A stretch of 64,000 bases of DNA from Candidatus Bathyarchaeota archaeon (GCA_963733095.1 CAVTBV010000001.1:1-64000); one strand, 5' to 3'; shown: positions 1 through 10,726, counted from the first letter of the stretch. A program made the numbers and translations. The notes: generated by a model from the sequence alone, not told the origin.

Positions 1-65
1 CCCACGAACCCCTGCGGGATAGGAGCCTCAGTCCTACGCCTTTGGCCATGCTGGGCGACCTCCGC
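1..65 (-). tRNA. tRNA-Leu(GAG), 3' end cut off by the window edge
   Basis: Reverse complement reads GCGGAGGTCGCCCAGCATGGCCAAAGGCG-TAGGA-CTGAGGC-TCCTA-TCCCGCAGGGGTTCGTGGG: D-loop GG, anticodon stem TAGGA/TCCTA with GAG, long variable arm. TTTAAA box at 98-103 upstream. Confidence 0.93.
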
Positions 66-144
66 GTTGTGTTGCGGAAATATAGGAACATGGGTCATTT
101 AAAGGCTTTACTTGTTGTTTGGGCGGAAGTGTTTTAGGTTATGT

Positions 145-203
145 GTGTTATAGTGTTTTGTGTGTTGTGGCAAGGTTTATACCACACTATAACACTGTTA
201 TAG
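145..203. promoter_or_regulatory. cysK promoter region: TATA-like TTTATA (176-181), perfect palindrome CTATAACA-C-TGTTATAG (187-203) and an extra half-site repeat (145-156)
   Basis: Directly visible inverted repeats. GTGTTATAGTGT (145-156) is the reverse complement of ACACTATAACAC (184-195). Confidence 0.6.
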
Positions 204-217
204 AATAAGGTGTTAAC

Positions 218-1150
218 ATGAAAATCTACAAAAACGTCTTAGAAACAATCGGAAAAACACCCCTCGTCCAGATAAACAAACTAACTAAAGGCGCCAAAGC
301 CACCGTAGTCGCCAAGCTGGAAGCCCGAAACCCAGGCGGCAGCGTCAAAGACCGCATCTGCAAAGCCATGATTGAAGAAGCAGAAAAAATGGGCCTTAAA
401 CCCGGCGGAACCCTCATCGAACCAACAAGCGGCAACACCGGCATAGGCTTAGCCATGGTAGCAGCCGTAAAAGGTTACAAACTAATCCTCACCATGCCCG
501 AAACCATGAGTGTAGAACGCCGCAATCTCCTCAAAGCCTACGGAGCCCAGCTCGTCCTCACGCCAGGCTCAGAAGGAATGGGCGGTGCCATCAAAAAAGC
601 TGAAGAACTCATCGTAGCCACACCAAACAGCTTCATGCCCCAACAATTCAAAAACCCAGCCAACCCCAAAGTCCACCGTGAAACCACAGGACCTGAAATC
701 TGGGAGGACACCGATGGCAAAGTAGACATCGTCGTCGCAGGTGTAGGCACAGGGGGAACCATAACAGGCATAGCCCAATACATCAAACCCCTAAAACCAG
801 ATTTCAAGGCAGTCGCCGTGGAACCAGCCACCTCAGCCGTGCTGAGTGGTGGACCGAAGGGTCCCCATAAAATCCAGGGCATAGGAGCAGGCTTCAAACC
901 TGACGTATTACAACTTGATCTGGTGGATGAAATATTCAAAGTTACCGACGACCAGGCACTACAAACCGCTAGACAACTTGCACAAAAAGAAGGAATGCTG
1001 GTCGGTATCTCCTCTGGAGCAGCCGTTTATGCAGCCATAGAAATTGCGAAGAGAGCCGAAAACAAGGGCAAACTCATCGTCGTCATTTTCCCAGATACAG
1101 GCGAACGCTACCTAAGCACCGCACTATTCCAAGAGCCATCCACCGTCTAA
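218..1150 (+). CDS. cysK: cysteine synthase A (O-acetylserine sulfhydrylase)
   Basis: [12 protein letters not shown]-lysine motif, [28 protein letters not shown]. Confidence 0.97.
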   Translation: MKIYKNVLETIGKTPLVQINKLTKGAKATVVAKLEARNPGGSVKDRICKAMIEEAEKMGLKPGGTLIEPTSGNTGIGLAMVAAVKGYKLILTMPETMSVERRNLLKAYGAQLVLTPGSEGMGGAIKKAEELIVATPNSFMPQQFKNPANPKVHRETTGPEIWEDTDGKVDIVVAGVGTGGTITGIAQYIKPLKPDFKAVAVEPATSAVLSGGPKGPHKIQGIGAGFKPDVLQLDLVDEIFKVTDDQALQTARQLAQKEGMLVGISSGAAVYAAIEIAKRAENKGKLIVVIFPDTGERYLSTALFQEPSTV

Positions 1151-1215
1151 ACTGCGCCTAAAAGACGCTTTTCTTATATTCCCCCTTTTAACATTAGTAG
1201 ATAAAGGGAAACAAA

Positions 1216-2277
1216 ATGTCTACAAACCCAAAGCAGCCAACACCTAAAGAATGCCAAGAATGCAAAGACAAAAACAGGGACGTTGACTGCTGGAACCCAG
1301 ACAGGATGCTAGCCACCCTCATGTGCACCCATGACAAAGTAGACCACGACTGGGTTGAGAAAGGTCTACCAAAACTAGTCGATGAAGTTATGAATAGCTA
1401 CCAAAAGTTTGGCGGCATGGACCACCTTGAAGGACGAGACCTTCCCTCAAAAAAAGTAGTAATCGATGTTCTGGAAGATTTAGTCACAGTTCTTTTCCCA
1501 GGATATCTGGGCGATTCAGAAATCACTAAAGCCAACATAAAGTACCACCTGGGAAACACTCTGACATCGGTTTACACGCGGCTTACGCAGGAAGTTGAAC
1601 GCAGCCTAAAATACATCTGCAGAAAAGTCAGCGAGTGCCCACAGGACGTCTGCCAAAAACGTGCACACGTTGTGGTCAAGGAACTTCTTGAAAAACTACC
1701 AGAAATCCGCTCGATGCTAAGTAGCGATATTGAAGCTGCGTACAGCGGTGACCCGGCGGCAGTAAGCACCGAAGAAGTAATCCTTAGCTATCCCTGCGTG
1801 TTGGCAATTACCACTTACCGAATTGCACATGAACTCTACCTCAGCGGCGTACCATTAATTCCAAGAATAATGAGCGAACACATCCACTCCCAAACAGGCA
1901 TAGACATCCACCCGGGCGCCAAAATCGGCAAGAGCTTCTTTATCGACCACGGCACAGGCGTCGTCATAGGCGAAACCGCAGAAATCGGCGACAACGTCAA
2001 ACTCTACCAAGGCGTAACCCTAGGCGCATTAAGCTTTCCAAAAGACGAGAAAGGCAACATCATCAAAGGTCGTAAACGCCATCCAACAATAGGCAACAAC
2101 GTCGTTATCTATTCAGGTGCAACATTGCTGGGCGCTGAAACAGTTATTGGCGATAACGTAATCATCGGCGGAAACGTATGGATAACTTCCTCTGTCCCAT
2201 CAGGAACAAGAATCACCATCGCTGCTCCAGAGCTAAAATATAAAATGGAGAACCATACTCCAAAAGCTAACCACTAA
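1216..2277 (+). CDS. cysE: serine O-acetyltransferase
   Basis: [34 protein letters not shown] hexapeptide repeats; downstream of cysK. Confidence 0.95.
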   Translation: MSTNPKQPTPKECQECKDKNRDVDCWNPDRMLATLMCTHDKVDHDWVEKGLPKLVDEVMNSYQKFGGMDHLEGRDLPSKKVVIDVLEDLVTVLFPGYLGDSEITKANIKYHLGNTLTSVYTRLTQEVERSLKYICRKVSECPQDVCQKRAHVVVKELLEKLPEIRSMLSSDIEAAYSGDPAAVSTEEVILSYPCVLAITTYRIAHELYLSGVPLIPRIMSEHIHSQTGIDIHPGAKIGKSFFIDHGTGVVIGETAEIGDNVKLYQGVTLGALSFPKDEKGNIIKGRKRHPTIGNNVVIYSGATLLGAETVIGDNVIIGGNVWITSSVPSGTRITIAAPELKYKMENHTPKANH

Positions 2278-2292
2278 TTTTGCAGGTTTCTT

Positions 2293-2754
2293 TTAGAGCA
2301 GGCGGAAGTTTTCTTTCACAGTAGTTAAGACTACATGCGTGTTTGTTCGTTCAATGTATGGTAGAGAGAGCAGTTTTTTGGTAAACCATCCGAGTTCTTC
2401 TCGGCTCTTGAATTTGGCAACGATGATGGCGTCGGTTAAGCCTGTGACATCGTAGACTCCGCAGACGTTTGGGATTTTGGCTATTTCATTCTCTGTTTCG
2501 ACGAGTCTGCCTTTGGAAACTGTGATTTCGGTAACTACGGTTAGTTGGTAGCCTAGTTTTTCATGGTCCAAAATAACTGAGTAGCCTTTGATTAATCCGT
2601 CTTCTTCCATCTTTTTTATTCTTGATAAAACGGTGCCGACTGAAACGCCAACGTTCTTGGCGATTTGTCTACTCGAGAACCTTGCATCCTCTAAGAGACC
2701 TTTAAGAATTTTTACGTCAGTTTCATTTAATTCCATAATCATCTTGTCCTGCAC
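2293..2754 (-). CDS. Lrp/AsnC family transcriptional regulator
   Basis: N-terminal HTH (DARFSSRQIAKNVGVSVGTVLSRIKKMEEDGLIKGY) plus RAM domain with VTG motif. Confidence 0.93.
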   Translation of the reverse strand: MQDKMIMELNETDVKILKGLLEDARFSSRQIAKNVGVSVGTVLSRIKKMEEDGLIKGYSVILDHEKLGYQLTVVTEITVSKGRLVETENEIAKIPNVCGVYDVTGLTDAIIVAKFKSREELGWFTKKLLSLPYIERTNTHVVLTTVKENFRLL

Positions 2755-2948
2755 GTTTTTTCAATTTAACCCTGTTTTTTGGGACAGCCTTTTGATAATC
2801 AGCTTACTAAGTTAATAAAAGTTTAGCTATTTCCCTCAATCAATAAAACGTCAATTAGTGAAGCAATATCAAAGGGCACGTTTTTAGCTAAAAGCAGATA
2901 GTAATGTTAAATTAGAGCCTAAACCCCAATAGTTCTGAGCCACCTACA

Positions 2949-4499
2949 ATGCAAACAAAATACGACACCATACTCGTCTTGGATTTCGGCGGACAATACT
3001 GCCACCTCATCGGCAGAAGAATCAGAGAACACGGTGTCTACTCCGAAATCGTTCCCCACGACATATCCCCCGAAGAAGTAGCGGCTCTAAACGAGAAATT
3101 CAACGTTAAAGGCTTAATATTTTCAGGCGGACCCTCAAGCGTCTACGAACCAAACGCGCCAAGACTCCACCCGCGCATCTTAGAGGTTAACTTGCCAATT
3201 TTGGGATTATGTTATGGTCACCAGCTCTTAGCCCAATTAACCGGCAGCAAGGTTGAGCCTGCAACCTGCAAAGAATACGGCATCGCCCAAGTCGCAATCG
3301 ACAAGCCAGTCGGCGTGTTAGAGGGGTTAAGTGAGAGTGAGCAAGTTTGGATGAGCCATGGCGACACCGTCTTCGCGACTCCGCCAGAGTTCGAAGCTCT
3401 GGCTCACACAGACAACTGCCCTGTTGCCGCGTTCCGTCACAAAACAAAACCCATCTACGGTCTCCAATGGCACCCAGAGGTAATCCACACCCCCAACGGT
3501 ACGCGGATGCTTCAAAACTTCATATTCCAAGTCTGCAAATGCCAAGCCAACTGGCAGATGGAAGACCTCATACCCAAAATGATTAAAGAACTCCAGACGG
3601 AAACCGGCGGAAGCACAGCCATAATTGGGTTAAGCGGAGGCATAGATTCAAGCGTTGCCACAGCTCTTGCCGCTCAAGCGTTGGGAGAAAAGTTAACAGC
3701 GGTCTATGTTGACCACGGTTTCATGCGTGAAGGCGAAACAGAAGCAATCCGCGAAACCTTCGGAAAATTCAACATACGTTTCATCGTTGCCAACGCTCAG
3801 GACAGGTTCATGGCTAAACTTAAAGGAGTCAGTGAACCTGAAACTAAACGAAAGAGTATGGGGGAAGAGTTCATCAGGGTTTTTGAGGAATTCGCGATTG
3901 AATCTGGTGCAGAGTACCTCATTCAAGGAACCATTTATCCAGACAGGATTGAGTCAGGATTCCGCAAAAACTCTGACAAAATCAAATCCCATCACAACGT
4001 GGCAGGGTTGCCCGAGAAGATAAAGTTCAAAAAAATCCTCGAACCCCTCCGCGACCTCTACAAAGACGAAGTGCGCAAAGTCGCAAGAATGCTTGAGTTA
4101 CCCAAAGAAATCGTGAATCGCCAGCCGTTTCCTGGACCAGGCTTAGCAGTCAGGATAATCGGAACCTTAAATGAGGAAAAGGTTTCAATCGCGAAGAAAG
4201 CTGACAAAATTGTTCGCGAAGAGATTGAACGGAACAATTTAGCAGAGAATCTGTGGCAGTACTTTGCTGTGTTAACAGATACCAAAGCTACGGGTGTTAA
4301 GGGTGATGCACGCGCTTATGGTTATGTTGTCGCCGTGCGGGCGATGGAGAGTCGTGAAGCCATGACTGCGAGCTTTGCAAAGATTCCATATGTTGTCCTT
4401 GAAAAGATTTCGACAAGAATAACCAACGAGATTCCTCAGGTTACCCGAGTGGTCTATGACGTTACGCATAAGCCACCTGCAACCATCGAGTGGGAATGA
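2949..4499 (+). CDS. guaA: GMP synthase (glutamine-hydrolysing), fused GATase and synthetase
   Basis: LDFGGQY, GLCYGHQ, QWHPEV, SGGIDS, KSHHNV, KPPATIEWE. Confidence 0.97.
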   Translation: MQTKYDTILVLDFGGQYCHLIGRRIREHGVYSEIVPHDISPEEVAALNEKFNVKGLIFSGGPSSVYEPNAPRLHPRILEVNLPILGLCYGHQLLAQLTGSKVEPATCKEYGIAQVAIDKPVGVLEGLSESEQVWMSHGDTVFATPPEFEALAHTDNCPVAAFRHKTKPIYGLQWHPEVIHTPNGTRMLQNFIFQVCKCQANWQMEDLIPKMIKELQTETGGSTAIIGLSGGIDSSVATALAAQALGEKLTAVYVDHGFMREGETEAIRETFGKFNIRFIVANAQDRFMAKLKGVSEPETKRKSMGEEFIRVFEEFAIESGAEYLIQGTIYPDRIESGFRKNSDKIKSHHNVAGLPEKIKFKKILEPLRDLYKDEVRKVARMLELPKEIVNRQPFPGPGLAVRIIGTLNEEKVSIAKKADKIVREEIERNNLAENLWQYFAVLTDTKATGVKGDARAYGYVVAVRAMESREAMTASFAKIPYVVLEKISTRITNEIPQVTRVVYDVTHKPPATIEWE

Positions 4500-4537
4500 C
4501 TACTGGTTTTTCAACATGCTAACCGCTTGAAAAATCG

Positions 4538-4620
4538 CTAATAGGACCCTTACCCTATTAGGCTCTGACACCCCATCTACTGTTTCTGCATAGAACCACA
4601 AATAGGCTCCAAATAGACTA
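4538..4620 (+). repeat. dispersed intergenic repeat, copy 1 (contains inverted repeat CTAATAGG/CCTATTAG)
   Basis: Aligns by eye to the reverse complement of 43007-43085 and to 14633-14682. Confidence 0.55.
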
Positions 4621-4686
4621 CAAATTCAAGGCACCTGTATAATTGTTTATATAAAAAAGAGCTAATACTGTAAGAGCATACTCAAG

Positions 4687-5757
4687 GTGACACCTCTGAA
4701 AGCATTGATTTTAGCCGGTGGTTTCGCCACAAGGCTACGACCCCTAAGTTGCTCCCGACCCAAAACTCTCTTCCCCATTGTAAACAAGCCACTACTACAG
4801 TGGATTTTTGAACGGTTAGCAGAGGGCGGCGTAGACGAAGCAGTTCTCGCAGTCAATGCACTCACCCAATTCTACATTCGGCAACACAAACCTTCAAAAT
4901 GTGGTCTTAGGGTCCGGTTTTCCGTTGACCCCCCAAAGATGCCGCTGGGAACGGGCGGTCCACTAAAGAAAGCAGAGAAACTGATTGGACACGATGAACC
5001 GTTTTTTATGCTCAACGGCGACATTTATGCAGACATAAACTACCGCGAACTAATGGAGACCCACAAAAAATCAGGCGCATTAGCCACTATTGCGCTCTGC
5101 AAAGTCCAAGATCCATGTAGTTTTGGCGTGGCAGACCTGAAGGGTAATGCAATCAAACGATTTGTGGAGAAGCCACCTAAAGGTCAAGCACCCAGCAACC
5201 TCATAAACGCAGGAGCCTACGTTCTCAGCCCAGAAGTATTCGGGTATATTCCGGAAGGAAGAACAGTTTCTATTGAGCGAGAAGTCTTTCCCAAGCTAGC
5301 TGAGGAAGGAAAGCTATTTGGTCACTGCATTGAGGGTTTATGGATAGACATTGGCAAGCCCCAAGAGTACCTTGAGGCAAACAAGAGAGTGCTTGAGTCT
5401 CTCTCAAAAAAAGCCCAACAAGATAACTCTGAACCTTATGTGAAAGGTCCAGTTGCCTTAGACACCGGAGTTTTGGTCGGCGAAAAATCGGTAATTGGAC
5501 CCTACACAATCCTTGGCAAAAACGTAAAAGTCGGCTCAAACGTAAAAATCTCCAATTCAGTCATCTTTGCCGAAGCCCACATAGCCGATGACGCCGTCCT
5601 CAACGGAGCAATCGTTGGCGAAGGAGCCAAAATAGGTAAAGGCGTTAGGCTAACAAAGGGCTGTGTTGTTGGCGATCTCGCTAAGGTTAAAGACAGCGTT
5701 CACATGCATGTTGGACAAGTGGTATGTCCAGCAAAAGAAGTCACTGAAACATTTTAA
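4687..5757 (+). CDS. NDP-sugar pyrophosphorylase (mannose-1-phosphate guanylyltransferase-like) with C-terminal left-handed beta-helix
   Basis: ILAGGFATRLRPL, PK, GTGG, NGD, EKP, WIDIG; hexapeptide tail. Confidence 0.9.
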   Translation: MTPLKALILAGGFATRLRPLSCSRPKTLFPIVNKPLLQWIFERLAEGGVDEAVLAVNALTQFYIRQHKPSKCGLRVRFSVDPPKMPLGTGGPLKKAEKLIGHDEPFFMLNGDIYADINYRELMETHKKSGALATIALCKVQDPCSFGVADLKGNAIKRFVEKPPKGQAPSNLINAGAYVLSPEVFGYIPEGRTVSIEREVFPKLAEEGKLFGHCIEGLWIDIGKPQEYLEANKRVLESLSKKAQQDNSEPYVKGPVALDTGVLVGEKSVIGPYTILGKNVKVGSNVKISNSVIFAEAHIADDAVLNGAIVGEGAKIGKGVRLTKGCVVGDLAKVKDSVHMHVGQVVCPAKEVTETF

Positions 5758-5797
5758 AACCTAGACTTCCTTGTTAACTGGTACGAGTTGAATTTAC

Positions 5798-7171
5798 ATG
5801 AGTGCACGAAAACTTTTTGGAACTAATGGTGTACGCGGCCTAGTCAACATAGAGTTGACGCCTGAAATGGCCATAAAAATCGGGTCTTCAATTGGAACTT
5901 TTTTTGGAAAAGAAAAAAACTTGCTTTTGGGATATGACGCTCGAACCAGCGGTCCCATGTTTGCTAAAGCAGTAATCTCAGGCTTAATAGCTACTGGATG
6001 CAACGTGTTCTTCGCTGGAATGGCACCTACCCCATCCTTGCAGTTTGCGGTGAAAAATCACAAGATGGATGGCGGAGTAATTATCACTGCGTCCCACAAT
6101 CCGCCAGAATACAACGGCATCAAGGTTATTTGGAGTGACGGAATCGAAACCTCACACGAGCAAGAGGTTGAGATAGAGAACATTTACTTTGACAACAAAA
6201 TCGTCTTCGCTCAATGGGACAAACTCGGCGAGAAACGAGAGTTGGCCGGAATCAACAATGAATACATTCAAGCCATAAAAAAACATGTTAACAAAACAAA
6301 AATCGCCAATGCCCACTTCCACGTCGTCGTCGATGCTGCAAACAGCGTAGGCGGATTAACCGCGCCCCCACTGCTAAGAGAACTCGGCTGCAAAATCACA
6401 AGCATAAATGCAAACATCGACGGAACCTTCCCCGGAAGATTACCCGAACCACGCCCAGAAAGCTTAGGTGACTTAGCTTCAACGGTAAAGGCGCTTAAAG
6501 CAGACATGGGTGTAGCTTTCGATGGCGACGCTGACCGCTCAATCTTCGTTGACGCCACCGGCGAGATTTACTGGGGAGACAAAACCTTTGCAATAATCAT
6601 CAAACAATACCTGCAAAAGAACCCAGGTGCCAAAATAGTCACGCCAGTAAGTTCATCGACCCTGATCAAGGACACTGTTGAGGCTTACAAGGGCGAGTTA
6701 ATCTGGACCAAAGTTGGAAGCGTCACTGTCTCTGAAACGATGAAAGAGCAAAACGCCAGTTTAGGGGGCGAAGAGAACGGCGGAGTATTCTATGGTCCCC
6801 ACCAAGCTGTCCGAGATGGAGCAATGACAACGTCGCTATTGCTAAATATCATGGCTGAAACGGGACAAACGCTTAGGCAACTCGTCGCTGAACAACCACA
6901 GTACTTCATAGAAAAAGGAAAAATCGAATGCCCAGACGACAAAAAAGAACTATTACAACAAAAAATCTTTGAACAAGTTAAAGGAGAGAACGTCAGCACT
7001 ATTGACGGTGTTAAGATATGGTTTAGCGACGCCAGCGCTATCTTGATTCGGCCAAGCGGTACTGAACCAGTCTTCCGTTTATACGCTGAGGCGAAGAACC
7101 CAGAAAAAGCATTGAAGCTAGTGGAAGACTATAGTTTAAGGCTTAAGAAAATATTAGAAACCATTCAGTAA
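5798..7171 (+). CDS. glmM: phosphoglucosamine mutase / phosphomannomutase
   Basis: FGTNGVRG, TASHNP, DGDADR, GEENG, RPSGTEP. Confidence 0.9.
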   Translation: MSARKLFGTNGVRGLVNIELTPEMAIKIGSSIGTFFGKEKNLLLGYDARTSGPMFAKAVISGLIATGCNVFFAGMAPTPSLQFAVKNHKMDGGVIITASHNPPEYNGIKVIWSDGIETSHEQEVEIENIYFDNKIVFAQWDKLGEKRELAGINNEYIQAIKKHVNKTKIANAHFHVVVDAANSVGGLTAPPLLRELGCKITSINANIDGTFPGRLPEPRPESLGDLASTVKALKADMGVAFDGDADRSIFVDATGEIYWGDKTFAIIIKQYLQKNPGAKIVTPVSSSTLIKDTVEAYKGELIWTKVGSVTVSETMKEQNASLGGEENGGVFYGPHQAVRDGAMTTSLLLNIMAETGQTLRQLVAEQPQYFIEKGKIECPDDKKELLQQKIFEQVKGENVSTIDGVKIWFSDASAILIRPSGTEPVFRLYAEAKNPEKALKLVEDYSLRLKKILETIQ

Positions 7172-7204
7172 GAAAAAAAGCCTTCCTCTGGAGAAAATCC
7201 GCCG

Positions 7205-8533
7205 ATGCCCACAGTCCTAAACCTCAAACCCGAAGAGGTAGATTCCAATGAGAAACGCTCAAAATATACTGTGAGCGTTATCGGATGTGGACAAAAAGGA
7301 ATTCTCTATGCTAACGCATTCGCCGAAGCAGGATACCAAGTCGTATGTACTGACGCGAACCCGACGGTTATAAAGAAAGTTGCTAAGGGAAAAACTCCCC
7401 GTTCACGAACCCAAGAGGAAGCAAAGCTCAAAAGCAACCTTAACTTAGGAAAAATAAGCGTCAGTGACGAAAGAAAAAAAGCTGTTTCTCAAAGCGACAT
7501 CATAATAGTAGCTATTGGCGCAAAAGTGGATGATCAGAAGAAAACAGATTATTCTCAAGTTGTGAGCGCTTGCAAACAAGTCGGCGCAGCCCTTCAAAAG
7601 GGTACGCTGGTTGTTTATGGTGGTGTTGCAGGTATCGGTTTTACTGAGGGAACTGTAAAAGAAACGTTGGAGAACACGTCGGGACTTAAGATGGGACAGG
7701 ATTTTGGTTTAGCTTACAACCCTATCTTATCGGTGGATGCATCGATTGCTAACGTGGAGTTGCAGGTTGCAGCTGCCGACCAAGCAAGTCTAAATGCAGC
7801 ATCAACTATTCTAAAAACAATTACAAAGAAAATCAAGGAAATCACTGACATAAAACTGGCAGAGACAGCTACACTCTTCACCGTCGCAAAGCAAGATGCT
7901 AACCAGGCGTTAGCTAACGAGTTGGCGGTTTTCTGTGAAAACGCAAACATCGACTACTTCAAGGTCTTAAAACTACTCAACTTCAACGATCCAAGTTTTT
8001 GGCCAACCATCGTGGAAGAAGAACGCAGCAAAGAAGCTTATCTGCTGCTTGACAGCGCGGAAAACTTGAATACTAAGCTGAGACTTCCAAGCTTGGCTAG
8101 GCAAATTAACGAGGATATGGTTAAACACGCAGTTAATCTGACGCAGGATGCACTAAGACGCGCCGGCAAACCCTTGAGGAGAGCAAAAATCGCTGTTTTA
8201 GGCACCGCTAACCCTGCGACAGCTACAGGCGTTTTCGTTATAATGATCGAGCAAAAAGGCGCTAAACCCAGCCTGTATGACCCAGTTTCAAAGATGGGAC
8301 CACAGGATTGGCGCGTTGTGAAGACAAGTTTGAATGATGCGGTCGAGGGCACAGACTGCTTAGTAATCTTGACGGGGCAGGACCAATTTAAAAACTTGAA
8401 TCTAAAAAAACTAAAAGTCCTCATGAAAAAGCCCTCGGTGATCGTGGATTTAATCGGTATTTTTGACCCTAAAAAAGTTGAAGCAGAAGGCTTCATATAT
8501 TGTGGCTTGGGTAGAGGATGGGATAAAAATTGA
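7205..8533 (+). CDS. UDP-glucose/GDP-mannose (UDP-ManNAc) dehydrogenase-fold protein, catalytically degenerate
   Basis: Rossmann GCGQKG, SGL..G.DF.LAY, ANELA and C-terminal UDP-binding domain present; catalytic GGHC and PER motifs absent. Confidence 0.8.
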   Translation: MPTVLNLKPEEVDSNEKRSKYTVSVIGCGQKGILYANAFAEAGYQVVCTDANPTVIKKVAKGKTPRSRTQEEAKLKSNLNLGKISVSDERKKAVSQSDIIIVAIGAKVDDQKKTDYSQVVSACKQVGAALQKGTLVVYGGVAGIGFTEGTVKETLENTSGLKMGQDFGLAYNPILSVDASIANVELQVAAADQASLNAASTILKTITKKIKEITDIKLAETATLFTVAKQDANQALANELAVFCENANIDYFKVLKLLNFNDPSFWPTIVEEERSKEAYLLLDSAENLNTKLRLPSLARQINEDMVKHAVNLTQDALRRAGKPLRRAKIAVLGTANPATATGVFVIMIEQKGAKPSLYDPVSKMGPQDWRVVKTSLNDAVEGTDCLVILTGQDQFKNLNLKKLKVLMKKPSVIVDLIGIFDPKKVEAEGFIYCGLGRGWDKN

Positions 8534-9480
8534 ACAAGCTTGGCGTAGCAGTAATTGGAACTGGGCAATGGGGAAAAAACCATGCAAGAGTCTACACGGA
8601 ACTACCTTCAACAGAACTTGTTGCTGTATGCGATGTTAACCCTGAGAGAGCCAAAGCCATGGCAGCCCAGTACGGGGTAAAAGCGTATTCAGATAGCACA
8701 CAAATGTTAAAAGACAAATCCGTCGAAGCCGTAAACGTCTGCACGTGGTCAACGATTCTAGCTAAAGAAGCCCTCAAAGCGCTGAGAGCCGGAAAACACG
8801 TATTAGTCGAAAAACCAATGGCGACGAACCCCCAGCAAGCCCAGAAACTGGTTCAAACCGCACAGGAAAATGGGCTACACTTAACAGTGGGTTTTTTGAT
8901 GCGGTTCATACCTGGACTGCAAAGCATCCGCCAGTCGGTCGAAAATAAAAAAATCGGAGAATTAGTCTGTGCAACCGCCAAACGCGTTTCCCAGTGGCCC
9001 GAGCGAATCGGCGACGTCGGCGTAGTCAAAGACACCGCCATCCACGACATCGATGTTATGCGGTTTATTTCTGGCGAAGACCCAATTTCCGTTTACGCAA
9101 AGATGGGCAGTATGAGGATTAAAAAGTTCGAGGACTACGCCCACATCATGCTCACCTACAAAGATGGCAAAAGTGCATTCATCGAATCCAACTGGCTCAC
9201 ACCCTACAAAACCCGCTCGTTGACCGTTACTGGAAGTGACGCCATAATGCGGCTCGATTACATCACGCAGGATTTATGGATCGAACAGCAAAAAGAATCC
9301 GTGCAGCCAAGGTACCCCTTCCAAGAACCCTTAAAAGCTGAACTCCAACACTTCGTCGATTGCATCGTAGAAAAAAAGAAACCTCTCATAACAGGCGAAG
9401 ACGGCGTGAGAGCACTAGAAGTCGCAACCGCGGCAATGCAATCATCAGCAAAAAACAAAGCAATACAAATAAAAAGATAA
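8530..9480 (+). CDS. Gfo/Idh/MocA family oxidoreductase (UDP-GlcNAc 3-dehydrogenase-like)
   Basis: GTGQWG, HVLVEKP, DTAIHDID. Confidence 0.9.
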   Translation: MNKLGVAVIGTGQWGKNHARVYTELPSTELVAVCDVNPERAKAMAAQYGVKAYSDSTQMLKDKSVEAVNVCTWSTILAKEALKALRAGKHVLVEKPMATNPQQAQKLVQTAQENGLHLTVGFLMRFIPGLQSIRQSVENKKIGELVCATAKRVSQWPERIGDVGVVKDTAIHDIDVMRFISGEDPISVYAKMGSMRIKKFEDYAHIMLTYKDGKSAFIESNWLTPYKTRSLTVTGSDAIMRLDYITQDLWIEQQKESVQPRYPFQEPLKAELQHFVDCIVEKKKPLITGEDGVRALEVATAAMQSSAKNKAIQIKR

Positions 9481-9481
9481 A

Positions 9482-9751
9482 TTATTTCAAGTTGAAGGGC
9501 TTGCCTTCAGAAACAATTTTCTGAGGCGCTTTTTCCTTCCACTTCTTCAGAAAAGGCAAATCATCATCCGCTTTACGCAGTTCGTCGGGCAACATTTCCG
9601 GAATTTCGTCGCGGATCGGGTACCAACGCAGACATTTTGGGCAAACGATTAAGCCTTCCACTATTTCGTCTTTTTCTTCGAAAACGTGAAGCTCCAACGG
9701 ATGATACTTATCGATTGGGCAAGCGAGAATTTCCATTAATTTTCGTTTCAT
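9482..9751 (-). CDS. trm112: Trm112 family methyltransferase activator
   Basis: LMEILACP..., CPKCLRWYPIRDEIPEMLP. Confidence 0.9.
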   Translation of the reverse strand: MKRKLMEILACPIDKYHPLELHVFEEKDEIVEGLIVCPKCLRWYPIRDEIPEMLPDELRKADDDLPFLKKWKEKAPQKIVSEGKPFNLK

Positions 9752-9803
9752 CGAATTCCACGAAATAGAATAGTTGCTTGTTGTGTTATTAAAACTTGCT
9801 CGG

Positions 9804-10649
9804 CTACCCTTTTATCTCAATGTCCAGCACAGTTTGGTACCAGTTTGGACCGGTAGGGCGCATCACACGAGAATTTGCTAGCACGTAACTAACCCTTAAG
9901 CTATCAAGTTTTTTGGCGACCATACACTTTGTTTTTTCCACTGGATTCTCCTTTCCGGGCGCATGTTGGAAGTCGTAGAAGTGAATCCATCCGCCTGTCT
10001 TTTTGAGAGCCAACAGTGCAAAGTGGAGATATTCAAGGGCTTTTTCGGGAAGGGGCATCAGAACCCGATCTGCGACTCCCTGCAACTGAGCTTGGATGAT
10101 GTCTTTTGAATCACCCAGCAAGGGAATAACGCTTCCGCTAACCTGATTGATTTTTACGTTCTCTTCCATGTACTGAAATGCGGTTGGGTTAACATCAATC
10201 GAGTAAACTCTGCTTTGATTTTGGGTTTTGGAGATGAGTATGCTAAAGCTACCCACCCCTGCAAACATGTTAACAACCACCTCTCCGGGCGCAACAAGTT
10301 TTGCAATGCGTAAATGTTCGTGGGATAATCTAGGCGAAAAATAGCATTTCTCGACATCAACCCTGAACATGCAACCTGACTCTTTGTGGGTTGTAATTGT
10401 CTTGTTTTCGCCAGCTAAAAGTTTTAGCTCTCTTACTCTAAAATCGCCGGTAATGCGGGTAACTGGGGTGAGGACCGTTTTTATGTTTCCGTGGCTCCCC
10501 ATGATTTGTTTTGCAATGGCTTCTGAGTTTGGCAGGTTGTTGTGCTTGATTATCGCTATGTTACCTATTATGTCGAAGGAATTGTAAACTTTTCCCAACT
10601 GATCCGGGGGAAGAGCAGCAGAAAGTTTGTCGCGGAGCCGTTTCTTCAA
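9804..10649 (-). CDS. Trm5/Taw2 (Met-10+) family tRNA methyltransferase
   Basis: FDIIGNIAI, YFSPRL, NMFAGVGSF, DRVLMPLP. Confidence 0.88.
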   Translation of the reverse strand: MKKRLRDKLSAALPPDQLGKVYNSFDIIGNIAIIKHNNLPNSEAIAKQIMGSHGNIKTVLTPVTRITGDFRVRELKLLAGENKTITTHKESGCMFRVDVEKCYFSPRLSHEHLRIAKLVAPGEVVVNMFAGVGSFSILISKTQNQSRVYSIDVNPTAFQYMEENVKINQVSGSVIPLLGDSKDIIQAQLQGVADRVLMPLPEKALEYLHFALLALKKTGGWIHFYDFQHAPGKENPVEKTKCMVAKKLDSLRVSYVLANSRVMRPTGPNWYQTVLDIEIKG

Positions 10650-10726
10650 CTATTCATCCTCATTGTGGGCAAGTATTGGAAATGTTTAAAAGTAAAATGC
10701 TTTTCTTTGTAGGAACAGGCGTTCCT

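Noticed and set aside
1-2754. tRNA-anchored integrated element
   Set aside because: There is no integrase or att duplication, and the genes lie at the tRNA 5' side rather than the usual 3' integration end.
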